DNA of 64,000 nt from Lachnospiraceae bacterium (GCA_014239155.1 JAAZZQ010000050.1:22284-86283); one strand, 5' to 3'. Shown: positions 21,319-30,148, numbered from the stretch's first letter. Notes: generated from the letters alone by a model not told the origin. A program made the numbers and translations.

Positions 21319-22488
21319 TTAACCACGATAAATCCGGATTGTAGGTCCACCTTGCCCTTCTTCCACAACAGCCGTTAAATTAGTACTATTTAGCCACGCC
21401 AATTCTGCACTATCTGTTGTGGCAATCGGCTTCCAATCCATTTCTCCCCGCTGATTCACAATGTGAATTTTACACCTCTCACCGCAACTATCCAATCCTT
21501 CTAGCGTGTATTCTGCTCTTATATTCACCGCTCCATCAGCAAAATGTTTTTGCACATCACACCCGCTTGGCAATATCGTCCCCTGAAAATACTTTGTTTC
21601 ACACCAGCCTGTAAAAAAAAGCTTATCCACGCGCGTTTCGCCCTCCATCAATGATTCGCAGCGCGTTATTACAATGCGAATCGTCAAAATTTCCTCTCTG
21701 CCTGCCAAAAATTGCCGCACAGATGCAAACGCGCTTTGATACTGGCTCTCTGAAAAACCATGTCCCATATTTCGCACAAGCTGCAAATGGCACTGCCCTT
21801 TTTTGTAATTTTCTTTTGCGCGAATTGCATACGAATAGTTTACAATATCATCTTCTAATCCCTGCAAAATAAGTACTTGCCCGGAATACGGCGACAGCTG
21901 TAGATAAGGCTCCATCTGCACAGCCTCCTCATAGAATGCTCTGCCAAGCAATGTCTGCCCACAATCCAAAATTTCTGGCACTTTTTCTGTCTGATACTTA
22001 GAGCCGCCCAGACACCCCCGCCTTGCATGGTCTGGAATACATAATGCTGGAAAAATCATCACCAACTTTTTTATTTCTGCACCACACTTTGCCGCCGCAA
22101 GTCCTGAGACAAAACCTCCTTGGCTTTCTCCCAGCAAAATTAAATTTTCTAAATCCACATAAGTATGTTGGCACGCAAACTTTTTCACAGCAATCAAATC
22201 TTCTACTTCTGTCAATACAGACATTTTGGTACTCTCGCCATCACTTTTGAGTGCTTCCTCCTCAAACATGTTTCCACCACCACAAAAACTAAAGCAAAAT
22301 GCTACATAACCAATTTTTGCAAAATCCCTGCACCACTTTTCCATGCTTGTGTAATTGCAGAGAAAACCATGACTGGCAATGACGGTGGGATATCGCCGTT
22401 TTTGCTCAAAGTTTTCTGGAAAATATTGCATTCCACGAATTGTCAACCCTCCTCTGTCACATGTAAACTGTTGTTTTCTTATTTTCAT
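21319..22488 (-). CDS. Alpha/beta hydrolase fused to a C-terminal DUF3237-like beta-barrel domain
   Basis: Nucleophile elbow GESQGG. The C-terminal ~130 aa (FFTGWCETKYFQGTILPSGCDVQKHFADG...AELAWLN) resemble DUF3237. The start is set at MKIRKQQ (22488), which has an AAAGGAAG RBS. Confidence 0.72.
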   Translation of the reverse strand: MKIRKQQFTCDRGGLTIRGMQYFPENFEQKRRYPTVIASHGFLCNYTSMEKWCRDFAKIGYVAFCFSFCGGGNMFEEEALKSDGESTKMSVLTEVEDLIAVKKFACQHTYVDLENLILLGESQGGFVSGLAAAKCGAEIKKLVMIFPALCIPDHARRGCLGGSKYQTEKVPEILDCGQTLLGRAFYEEAVQMEPYLQLSPYSGQVLILQGLEDDIVNYSYAIRAKENYKKGQCHLQLVRNMGHGFSESQYQSAFASVRQFLAGREEILTIRIVITRCESLMEGETRVDKLFFTGWCETKYFQGTILPSGCDVQKHFADGAVNIRAEYTLEGLDSCGERCKIHIVNQRGEMDWKPIATTDSAELAWLNSTNLTAVVEEGQGGPTIRIYRG

Positions 22489-22749
22489 AAAACAATACTT
22501 CCTTTCTACTCCAATATTTGTATTTATACCTGTAGTCAAACAGATATTGCAAGATGAATGTTCTTTTAGTATATCATATCTAATTATATTTTGTTGCATT
22601 ACGTGCAAATTTAACTTTCTCTATTCAAAATCACTTTTTCATGTTAAAATGATTCTATTGTTGCAAACAGATAAAAGAAATCAAACAAATTTTATAAACT
22701 TTTGTTTGATATTTAATTATTACAAAATAGTAGAAAGGAAGAAACAACA

Positions 22750-22902
22750 ATGCATCTGTCAAATAAAAAAAAGACCTTTTTTCAATGTATCGTTCTTCTT
22801 GCCTCCATATTAATGATTGTATATGGTATAAGTCGCGGTGAAATAGAAACTGTTTGGAATAAAGCTATTAACATTTGTTTAGAATGTATTGGATTAGGGT
22901 GA
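22750..22902 (+). CDS. Small CXXC-motif membrane peptide (CD1871A-like), 50 aa
   Basis: Below the ORF-track cutoff. My translation is MHLSNKKKTFFQCIVLLASILMIVYGISRGEIETVWNKAINICLECIGLG. AAAGGAAG RBS upstream. It ends 5 nt before the 4Fe-4S gene. Confidence 0.6.
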   Translation: MHLSNKKKTFFQCIVLLASILMIVYGISRGEIETVWNKAINICLECIGLG

Positions 22903-22907
22903 TAGAA

Positions 22908-23774
22908 ATGAAAAATGCAGTAAAACGAAAATTTATACAAATTGCCGCCTTTGGTTTTACCAACTCTCATATAGGAAATTTTGCCAACGGAAAACTTTAT
23001 ACTGGAAAATGGAAACAGTTTTGCAATCCTGGTCTAAATTGCTACTCCTGTCCTGCTGCCACTCTTGCCTGCCCAATTGGTGCCATGCAGGCAGTTGCCG
23101 GATCCATGCAATACAGTTTTAGCTTTTATGTTGTTGGATTTCTACTTGCAGTCGGCGTGCTGTTTGGAAGATTTATCTGTGGCTGGATTTGCCCGTTTGG
23201 TTTGATTCAGGAGCTTTTTTATAAAATTCCATCACGCAAATACAAATTGCCCAAAATTTTTACTTATGTTAAATATGCAATTTTAATTGTATTTGTAATT
23301 GCGCTGCCAATTGTCGCCACAGACTATATGGGCATGGGGCAGCCTGCATTCTGTCAATATATCTGCCCAGCTGGCACCCTGTCTGGCGGCATTCCAATGA
23401 CTGCCACACATCCTGAGCTTCGGACAACAACAGGCTTCCTTTTTGGATTAAAAATGACAATACTATTTATAACAATTTTTGCATGTATTTTTATATTTCG
23501 CTTTTTTTGTAAAACACTTTGCCCGTTGGGCGCCATCTATGGCCTGCTCAACAAAATTAGTATTTATCACCTAGAAATAGACAATCAGACCTGCATAAAA
23601 TGTGGTAAGTGCGCCCACACTTGTAAAATGGATATTAACCCTGTTACAAATCCAAATTCCGCTGAGTGTATTCGCTGTGGTGCCTGCGCGTCTATCTGTC
23701 CCAAACAAGCAATCCACCTTGGATTTGGTCCAACAAAACGAAAAAATATTAAGGAGCATTCCTATGAAAAATAA
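22908..23774 (+). CDS. Membrane-bound 4Fe-4S ferredoxin-type protein
   Basis: Polytopic. Two cluster motifs, CIKCGKCAHTCK and CIRCGACASICP. The start is set at MKNAVKRKF (AGGGTGA RBS). Confidence 0.82.
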   Translation: MKNAVKRKFIQIAAFGFTNSHIGNFANGKLYTGKWKQFCNPGLNCYSCPAATLACPIGAMQAVAGSMQYSFSFYVVGFLLAVGVLFGRFICGWICPFGLIQELFYKIPSRKYKLPKIFTYVKYAILIVFVIALPIVATDYMGMGQPAFCQYICPAGTLSGGIPMTATHPELRTTTGFLFGLKMTILFITIFACIFIFRFFCKTLCPLGAIYGLLNKISIYHLEIDNQTCIKCGKCAHTCKMDINPVTNPNSAECIRCGACASICPKQAIHLGFGPTKRKNIKEHSYEK

Positions 23775-24825
23775 AAACTCTCTCACAGCAGTCCTTTCCA
23801 CATTAATTGTCCTCTCTCTTGTTGGATGCAATGCTAAGACACAAGAGCAAACTGTCAATCCTCCAGTTTCCTCTGAGGACTCCAAAAGTCAAATTATCAC
23901 TACCAATGTCAAGGAGCGCGGTCTTTGTTTTTCTATTGCTCAAGAATATCTTGACAAAGGTGTCACTTTAGAGTCTGCCAGCGAGAATGCAAAAGGATTC
24001 AAAAACATTAGTATCTTCTATTCCAGCCCGACTGCCATCGCTCTCCTAGAGGAAATCAATACTATAGATCCCGCAAAACTCACTCAGGAACTTGTTATGG
24101 AATACTCCGACAAACTCTGGTCATCAAGCCGCTGTTTAATGGAAATTGTTATGGTGGAAACCACACAGTATAACAACCTTACTTCAAACGGTGCTAAACC
24201 GGAAGATTTTACTTATTTTACCCCCGCAGAAGTGCTAGGCACCAATGAGGATTACACGTATATTCTCTCTATACCAGACCTCGACGATGGCACTCTAACA
24301 GAAGCCGAAATCGCAGATTATCATGCCTGCAAAGAATACATGCAAACGGTTCGGGATAATCTCGCGTTTATTCCTGTAGAAGCTGGAAACGTAATGCCAA
24401 CCTTTACAACAAAGGATATAAACGGTATTGAAGTGGACTCCTCAATTTTTTCAGAAAGAAAACTTACAGTTGTCAATGTCTGGGGAACTTTTTGTGGTCC
24501 TTGCATCCGAGAAATGCCAGACCTTGCTGAATGGGCAAAAGAAATGGGGGACGATGTACAACTTATTGGTATTGTTGGCGATATTAACGGTGAAAATGAT
24601 ACACAGCACATTGAACTGGCACAAACAATTGCGCAAAAAGCCAATGTCGAATTTGCCAATCTGATTCCGAACGAAGATTTTAGTGGATTTATGGCTGATA
24701 TTATTGGCTTCCCAACCACCTATTTTGTAGATCAGAGTGGCGCTTTTGTAGGAGAGCCTATTATTGGCGCAAATGTAGCAGGCTGCAAAGAATTTGTAGA
24801 GGCTTATTTCAGTGAAAATAAATAA
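23764..24825 (+). CDS. TlpA-like thiol-disulfide oxidoreductase lipoprotein (thioredoxin fold)
   Basis: The true start is MKNKNSLTAVLSTLIVLSLVGC (lipobox, AAGGAG RBS). Active site WGTFCGPCIREMP. Overlaps the 4Fe-4S gene end by 11 nt. Confidence 0.85.
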   Translation: MKNKNSLTAVLSTLIVLSLVGCNAKTQEQTVNPPVSSEDSKSQIITTNVKERGLCFSIAQEYLDKGVTLESASENAKGFKNISIFYSSPTAIALLEEINTIDPAKLTQELVMEYSDKLWSSSRCLMEIVMVETTQYNNLTSNGAKPEDFTYFTPAEVLGTNEDYTYILSIPDLDDGTLTEAEIADYHACKEYMQTVRDNLAFIPVEAGNVMPTFTTKDINGIEVDSSIFSERKLTVVNVWGTFCGPCIREMPDLAEWAKEMGDDVQLIGIVGDINGENDTQHIELAQTIAQKANVEFANLIPNEDFSGFMADIIGFPTTYFVDQSGAFVGEPIIGANVAGCKEFVEAYFSENK

Positions 24826-24864
24826 TTTTAATTTTTGTCTTCTAACATTTTTAATACAGCGTTA

Positions 24865-24912
24865 TTCTACCAGAATAGATGCCATCTTAACACAGCGTCT
24901 ATTCTGGTAGAA
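24865..24912. terminator. Long hairpin between convergent genes
   Basis: TTCTACCAGAATAGA (24865-24879) pairs with TCTATTCTGGTAGAA (24898-24912). Confidence 0.45.
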
Positions 24913-24916
24913 CTAC

Positions 24917-25219
24917 TTACTTATTTTTATTGCCCATTGTTTGGAGCAACTTTTCATTCATCTTTCTTACATTGTTTCTGCCCACAATAAACTGTACAAT
25001 CCATACAATTGCAAAAATTAAAACAAAAATTCCAAAATACATTAAAAATCCAATTACACTATGTTCCATCCAATATGCAAAATATGCGATTGGCAGCATT
25101 ATTATCGAAACAATCAAAAAATAAACTCCTGTCTGTTTTATAATACTCCAATACTCTATCTCCCATATTATTGAACTTGCAGCAAATCCTGTACCCAATA
25201 TTCCACATAGGATTCCCAT
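24917..25219 (-). CDS. Small integral membrane protein (3 TM), unknown function
   Basis: Hydrophobic, 100 aa counted from MGILCGILG. GGAGG RBS lies 5 nt upstream of that ATG. The track's TTG start at 25249 lacks an RBS. Confidence 0.55.
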   Translation of the reverse strand: MGILCGILGTGFAASSIIWEIEYWSIIKQTGVYFLIVSIIMLPIAYFAYWMEHSVIGFLMYFGIFVLIFAIVWIVQFIVGRNNVRKMNEKLLQTMGNKNK

Positions 25220-25391
25220 AAAGACCTCCATTTTAACTAAAATGCGCAACCACAGAACAAATATTTGTTCTTTAAATACATTGTGTTGATATCTACTATT
25301 ATATGAACTGTATTATAAATTCACAAGCGGAATCTCTCTCACGCGAAAACAGTTCCAGTCCAAAATATTATTTATATTCATTGATACAAAA

Positions 25392-25418
25392 TGCACTCCC
25401 TAGGCTGAACTGTTACCC
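25392..25418 (-). repeat. GTTACAGTTCAGCCTAGGG-type motif copy (family 3)
   Basis: The plus strand reads TGCACTCCCTAGGCTGAACTGTTACCC, the inverted orientation of the copy at 30195. Confidence 0.5.
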
Positions 25419-25553
25419 TTTTTCTTTCTTAATCATATAACCTCTTGCTATTTTTATCAAATAAATCTGCATTTCTGTGTTTACAAATGTTTTCACAGCG
25501 CGTACTATATAATAAGTAGGTATCATTTATTCTTTATTTATGAGGTTTTTATT

Positions 25554-26456
25554 ATGGTGATGTTTTTTATTTTCTTAAAAATTATATTATCGGTAGTCTC
25601 ACTGACAATTTTGTATCTAATCTCAATCAAACCACGTCTTCATGGGCGCCCCGACTACAAGCCATTCTTTGGGCATATGTACGCCCACCGTGGGCTACAT
25701 AATATGAATCCTGCAATTCAGCGCCTAAAAAATATTGGACAGCCTGCCAAAGATATTGAAAAAGCACAAGACTGTCTACCTGAAAATTCTTATGCTGCTA
25801 TTAAACGTGCGGCTGATTTAGGTTATGGTATCGAATTTGATGTCCATCTCACCAAAGATGACATTCCAGTCGTTTTTCATGATGATACCTTAAACCGCAT
25901 CTGTGGTGTCAAAGGAAATCTGAGAGATTACACCTTTGAAGAGCTTCAACAATTTCGCCTGCTCGGAACACAAGAACGCATTCCTGCTTTTGCAGATGTT
26001 CTAAAAATGATAAACGGTCGTGTCCCATTAATTATAGAGTACAAAGTTGAAAAAAATGCAGACAAGCTTTGTCGTATTTGCGACAGCATTCTTGCCAATT
26101 ATCAAGGGTTGTATTGCATTGAATCTTTTCATCCGCTGGCAGTACGTTGGTACAAAATTCACAGGCCAAATATTGTTCGAGGACAACTCTCTGAAGATTT
26201 TACAAAGCAAAAGTTGAACATTCCCTATTTTTTGCTCTCTCATCTAATTGGCAACTGTTATGCCTCGCCCGACTTTATTGCATACAACTGTAAGCATAAG
26301 AATGAGCTCTCCAGAACAATTTGCCGTAAGCTCTACAAAAGTTTGAGTGTGGCATGGACCGTCCGGTCACAAGAAGAGCTCGACAAAGTATCTCCAAGTT
26401 TTGACTTATTTATTTTTGAAGGATTCTCTCCTGAAAGCCAACAGAAAATTGTATAA
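25554..26456 (+). CDS. Glycerophosphodiester phosphodiesterase family protein (N-terminal TM)
   Basis: GDPD signature AHRGLH...LPENSYAAIKRAADLGYGIEFDVHLTKDDIPVVFHDDTLNR. Confidence 0.85.
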   Translation: MVMFFIFLKIILSVVSLTILYLISIKPRLHGRPDYKPFFGHMYAHRGLHNMNPAIQRLKNIGQPAKDIEKAQDCLPENSYAAIKRAADLGYGIEFDVHLTKDDIPVVFHDDTLNRICGVKGNLRDYTFEELQQFRLLGTQERIPAFADVLKMINGRVPLIIEYKVEKNADKLCRICDSILANYQGLYCIESFHPLAVRWYKIHRPNIVRGQLSEDFTKQKLNIPYFLLSHLIGNCYASPDFIAYNCKHKNELSRTICRKLYKSLSVAWTVRSQEELDKVSPSFDLFIFEGFSPESQQKIV

Positions 26457-26744
26457 AAATTATCTAATTTTTTATATATATCTGTCTTTGTTTTTGTAAT
26501 ATTTAACAATTTTTCCAGATATACTCATATTATTTTAATTTTTGCTTGAATTTGCATACAAAAACATGTATATTAAAAGTATTCAATACGGTATCCTATG
26601 TGGATACTGCGTTGCCTTTGTATCTTAATAAATGTCCCTTCCGTGGTATCTGTATTTTTGAGACCATAGAGTCACATTGCTATAAAAGTGCCCGTTCCTT
26701 TTATAGTTACTGTTCCTTAAATTAGGGATTAGGAGGATTCGAGT

Positions 26745-26945
26745 ATGAAAGAATCATTAAAAGAAATGGATTTCACAACTCTGAAAAACAATTTTGACGA
26801 AATATGCGACGAGATAAATAAAGGCAATGAGGCAGTCACACTCACATTAAAAAGTGGGCGTAAGGTTTTTATTATGCCTGAGGAAAATTTTGACAACATT
26901 TCCCGCTATGTAATAGACAATAATTCGGTAAATATCCTTCATTGA
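26745..26945 (+). CDS. Phd/YefM-family antitoxin-like protein (no adjacent toxin)
   Basis: 66 aa. FTTLKNNFDEICDEINKGNEAVTLTLKSGRKVFIMPEENFDNI fits the Phd/YefM N-terminal fold pattern. GGAGGA RBS. Followed directly by a strong terminator. Confidence 0.65.
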   Translation: MKESLKEMDFTTLKNNFDEICDEINKGNEAVTLTLKSGRKVFIMPEENFDNISRYVIDNNSVNILH

Positions 26946-26979
26946 AATATTGTTTCAGAATATGTCACTATTTAACCAG

Positions 26980-27012
26980 AAAATGCAGCTCCATTGGAGC
27001 TGCATTTTTATT
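26980..27012 (+). terminator. Rho-independent terminator
   Basis: AAAATGCAGCTCC-ATT-GGAGCTGCATTTT followed by a T-run. Confidence 0.8.
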
Positions 27013-27013
27013 G

Positions 27014-27087
27014 AGACGCGCAAATCCGTTACCTATCAGTAGATCTGACCTGCACACCGCAACAAGAATGCCGATAGCGTTCTTGAG
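27014..27087 (+). repeat. Copy 1 of the two-hairpin motif (family 1); most degenerate copy, no downstream same-strand gene
   Basis: GAGACGCGCAAATCCGTTACCTATCAGTAGATCTGACCTGCACACCGCAACAAGAATGCCGATAGCGTTCTTGAGTA. Both hairpins are retained, but I could not rebuild the outer P1 pairing. Confidence 0.5.
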
Positions 27088-27118
27088 TATACACAAACTT
27101 ATACAGAGAATTGTCAAA

Positions 27119-27829
27119 TTATTCCCCTACTCGATTTCTTGCCGCAGATATTCTTTTGTCTCGAACTGTAGTTTTCTTATAGCAGATGGAGTACATCACA
27201 GCTGACAGTAATAATGCAAGAAGTACATCAAGCATAGAATGCTGTTTAATAAGCACTGTTGAAAAAATAATACTTACACCAAGCGCAATCATTCCCGTCT
27301 TGATAATTCGATGGGTTGTAAAACATTTGCTTCGCCAAACGGCAATCATAACCGCAACAGAATTGTAAACATGAATGCTTGGAAGAATGTTTGTCGGGGT
27401 GTCTGTAGCATAAAGATTTTTAATTAAGTCAATAAAAATATTATCATGCGCAAATGTCTTTGGTCTTAAATTATGTCCATTTGGAAACACTGCTGAGACA
27501 ATAATAAATATAGTCATTCCTGCCATCAGAAATGCAACAAGTTTTTCACTCTCTTCCTTGTCTCGAATACACAATAATATTACTGTAAGCGCCACATAGG
27601 GAAACCACAATAAGTAAGGTACAATAAATATTTCGCAAAATGGAATATACGCGTCAATTCCTAAATTTATCTCATGTACTGCCACATTCCTTCTCTCCAA
27701 ATAGAAAAATGCTGTGAGATAAACCACTGCATACACAGTCATAACAGCCAATGACTTATATTGCAGAATTAGTCTAGTTCCCCATTTCCAGATGCTATTT
27801 TTCTCTATTTTCACAATATTTCCCTCCAC
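27119..27829 (-). CDS. PAP2-superfamily membrane phosphatase/transferase
   Basis: 236 aa, polytopic. PAP2-like block LPSIHVYNSVAV... Confidence 0.7.
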   Translation of the reverse strand: MEGNIVKIEKNSIWKWGTRLILQYKSLAVMTVYAVVYLTAFFYLERRNVAVHEINLGIDAYIPFCEIFIVPYLLWFPYVALTVILLCIRDKEESEKLVAFLMAGMTIFIIVSAVFPNGHNLRPKTFAHDNIFIDLIKNLYATDTPTNILPSIHVYNSVAVMIAVWRSKCFTTHRIIKTGMIALGVSIIFSTVLIKQHSMLDVLLALLLSAVMYSICYKKTTVRDKRISAARNRVGE

Positions 27830-28357
27830 AATGCCAAAATGCTAAGATACATTAAAAGCATTTCCAAAAACAATTCTTTTTATAAAGCTGTTCCTCATTA
27901 TAGAGTATGCATTGTGTAAAGTCAACTTCCAATTGCAATCTTTTGCATTCTTCATAAAATCTTAAGGAAAAATAAAATAAATAAACTCCTATTTTTATTT
28001 TTTATGCAAAAAAGGCGTTATCTGTGCATTTTTTTTAAAGTGTTTTTATAGAATTTAAACAGATATGGTTATAGAATTGTTTATTATATATACATTATGA
28101 TGTTTCTTTCCTTTTTGCAGAAAATTAGCTAAAATAAATAAACAATTCTTTTCTAAAATTTTTGTAAATTTTTTTATGTGTTTTCCATAAATTGATGTTT
28201 GATTATTTCTTTTATTTCGAGTACACTAAATAAGTGAGAACTGTTGTTGTTCACGCCTATTCGTTTTTAATAGACTTTTAAATGTAGACAGCAACACTTT
28301 TGCACATGATTTCCACTACTTTTTTAAACCCATGAGAGGAAACTGAAAACTTTTATT

Positions 28358-28433
28358 GCAGGCGTGCCAATCCGTTATCTGTCAGCCAAGCTGACCCGCA
28401 TGCTGCAGCAAGAATGCCGATGGCATTCTTGAA
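28358..28433 (+). repeat. Copy 2 of the two-hairpin motif (family 1); ends 29 nt before the PHP gene start
   Basis: P1 is GGCGTGC (28361-67) with GCATGCT (28398-404). P2 is GTCAGC-CAA-GCTGAC (28381-95). P3 is AAGAATGCC-GAT-GGCATTCTT (28410-30). Confidence 0.6.
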
Positions 28434-28459
28434 TATATATTTTGGAGGTTTTATCTGTT

Positions 28460-29233
28460 ATGAAATTAGATATGCACTGCCACACAAAGGAAGGATCTAT
28501 GGATGGAAAGATTCCAATTGCCGAGTATATTGCGCTTTTAAAGTCCAAGGGATTTCATGGTATGCTTGTAACAGATCACGATTCGTATAATGGTTTTCGC
28601 AAATATCGTGACTTCTTAAAGAATTCCACCGACGATTTTATTGTCCTAAAAGGAATTGAATATGACACAATTGACGCAGGACATATTCTTGTAATCCTGC
28701 CTGAAAATGTAAAGCTTCTTTTGATGGAGTGCCGCGGGCTTCCCGTAAAAGTTCTACAAGACGTCGTTCACAGACATGGTGGCATTCTTGGACCTGCACA
28801 TCCGTGCGGAGAACGCCATCTAAGCATCACACGCACACGCGCCTACAAGAAAAATCCTGATATTATGAGACAGTTTGATTTTCTGGAAGGGTTTAATTCT
28901 TGTGAATCGCAGGAATCAAATATGGAAGCGCGCAGACTTGCCTTCCAGTACAATCTACCAATGTTTGGCGGCAGTGATTCCCATCATCCAGACTGCGTAG
29001 GTACTGCCTACACAGAATTGGAATCTAATATTACCTGTGAGTCTGAATTGATTGGATATCTTAAAAATAAAAAGAGAGTCAATTATGGAGGCGAGTACTA
29101 TCATGGTACTGTAAAGGGAAAAATTGGCGTCTTAAACCATGTTCTTGTCGAAGGATTCTGGGTATATAACCATTTTGCAAGTATGTATCGCCACCACAAA
29201 AGAAAACTTGCTCTTTCTCTGCTAAATCAATAA
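28460..29233 (+). CDS. PHP-domain metal-dependent phosphoesterase
   Basis: MKLDMHCHTKEGSMDG...VTDHDSY is a PHP motif. The start is set at ATG 28460, with GGAGG at 28444-48. The track uses an upstream TTG. Confidence 0.85.
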   Translation: MKLDMHCHTKEGSMDGKIPIAEYIALLKSKGFHGMLVTDHDSYNGFRKYRDFLKNSTDDFIVLKGIEYDTIDAGHILVILPENVKLLLMECRGLPVKVLQDVVHRHGGILGPAHPCGERHLSITRTRAYKKNPDIMRQFDFLEGFNSCESQESNMEARRLAFQYNLPMFGGSDSHHPDCVGTAYTELESNITCESELIGYLKNKKRVNYGGEYYHGTVKGKIGVLNHVLVEGFWVYNHFASMYRHHKRKLALSLLNQ

Positions 29234-29250
29234 AATTGACCTTTTTACAT

Positions 29251-29284
29251 AAAAATGCGTTTTTAGTAGAAAACGCATTTTTTA
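29251..29284. terminator. Bidirectional rho-independent terminator
   Basis: AAAAATGCGTTTTT-AGTAG-AAAACGCATTTTTT. It has A/T runs on both sides and sits between convergent PHP and cheD-operon genes. Confidence 0.8.
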
Positions 29285-29340
29285 TGCGCTGACTCATGCA
29301 GATGAAATCAGCCGTTGCGACGGCGCATGGGTCGCGCGGA
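29285..29340 (-). repeat. Nested-hairpin unit (family 2), single copy
   Basis: The reverse complement CCGCGCGACCCATGCGCCGTCGCAACGGCTGATTTCATCTGCATGAGTCAGCGCAT aligns with the units at 63080-63240. Confidence 0.5.
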
Positions 29341-29351
29341 AAATAGAAAAA

Positions 29352-29549
29352 TTAAAGTTCATGTCCACTCTGTAATTTACGAGTGTGCATATCCATCAGT
29401 TTATATCGGTACTCATCATCTGTAATCACTTGCTCTAAAGTGTCCATATCTCCTTCCTCAAGCAATGTTTTTAACAACTCATTATAATTTTTTATAATAT
29501 TTTGCTCTAAAAGTTCCATCTCATTTAATTGTTTTTTTTCGTCTGCCAT
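29352..29549 (-). CDS. Small acidic hypothetical protein (65 aa)
   Basis: AAAGGCGGAA RBS. Lies 35 nt downstream of cheD on the same strand. No recognisable family. Confidence 0.45.
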   Translation of the reverse strand: MADEKKQLNEMELLEQNIIKNYNELLKTLLEEGDMDTLEQVITDDEYRYKLMDMHTRKLQSGHEL

Positions 29550-29583
29550 TTTTTATTCCGCCTTTCTTTATAATAAATATACT

Positions 29584-30096
29584 CTAAATTCTTCGCTCTT
29601 CCTTCCCCGGTGTGAGTATCCTAAATGTACCGCTTCCTGGTTCAAAAACCACTGTTCTTGGAAAATACTCTCCCACATCAGAAGCAAGTAATGGTATCTG
29701 CAACTCAGCAAGTTTTTTCTTCACTGCATCCACATTTCTCGAAGAAATATCGGTACTCTCAGGCACCTGTTCACACCGAATCATATGTGCTCCACCTGCT
29801 ATTTTTGCCACTAGATGGTCTCGTTTCGCTCCCTGCTGTACAAGAGTGTTAATCATCTCATCAAGCCCTGTATCCGCATACTTTGCCGCGACAAAATGCT
29901 CCCTGTTTGTTGTACTATGATGTGGAAGCATCACATGCAGCAATCCGCCCACCCCTGTATGTGGATCTCTTAGCGCTACACCAATACACGATCCTAAATC
30001 CTTTGTCATTAACTTCTTTTCCCCTTTTGCTGTCTTGTAGTCTCCCATGTTAACGACAATCATACTTTCCAATTCCGATACTGTAAATGCTGCCAC
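29584..30096 (-). CDS. cheD: Chemoreceptor glutamine deamidase CheD
   Basis: 170 aa. LGSCIGVALRDPHTGVGGLLHVMLP is a CheD active-site Cys block. GTG start with GGAGGG RBS. Confidence 0.85.
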   Translation of the reverse strand: MAAFTVSELESMIVVNMGDYKTAKGEKKLMTKDLGSCIGVALRDPHTGVGGLLHVMLPHHSTTNREHFVAAKYADTGLDEMINTLVQQGAKRDHLVAKIAGGAHMIRCEQVPESTDISSRNVDAVKKKLAELQIPLLASDVGEYFPRTVVFEPGSGTFRILTPGKEERRI

Positions 30097-30148
30097 CTTA
30101 AACCCTCCATTAAATCTTTCTTAAAATTCCATTAAATCTCATATCCTA

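Noticed and set aside
23602-23763. 54-codon N-terminal extension of the TlpA-like ORF
   Set aside because: It overlaps the 3' end of the 4Fe-4S gene in another frame. The lipoprotein signal peptide and AAGGAG RBS begin at 23764.
25392-25418. Reading CTGAACTGTTAC as a Firmicute LexA/DinR SOS box (GAAC-N4-GTTC)
   Set aside because: The second half-site GTTC is absent at the required spacing.
26942-27205. 87-aa ORF starting with TTG and overlapping the antitoxin stop, which could be read as the missing toxin
   Set aside because: It reads straight through a strong terminator hairpin and the family-1 motif, and overlaps the convergent PAP2 gene end. It has no RBS and no toxin-like sequence.
28358-28433. 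Assigning the family-1 motif to c-di-GMP-I/II, purine, ZTP, guanidine, preQ1, fluoride or glutamine riboswitch classes
   Set aside because: I compared it from memory with the hallmark conserved nucleotides of these classes and found no convincing match. I leave it unnamed rather than guess.
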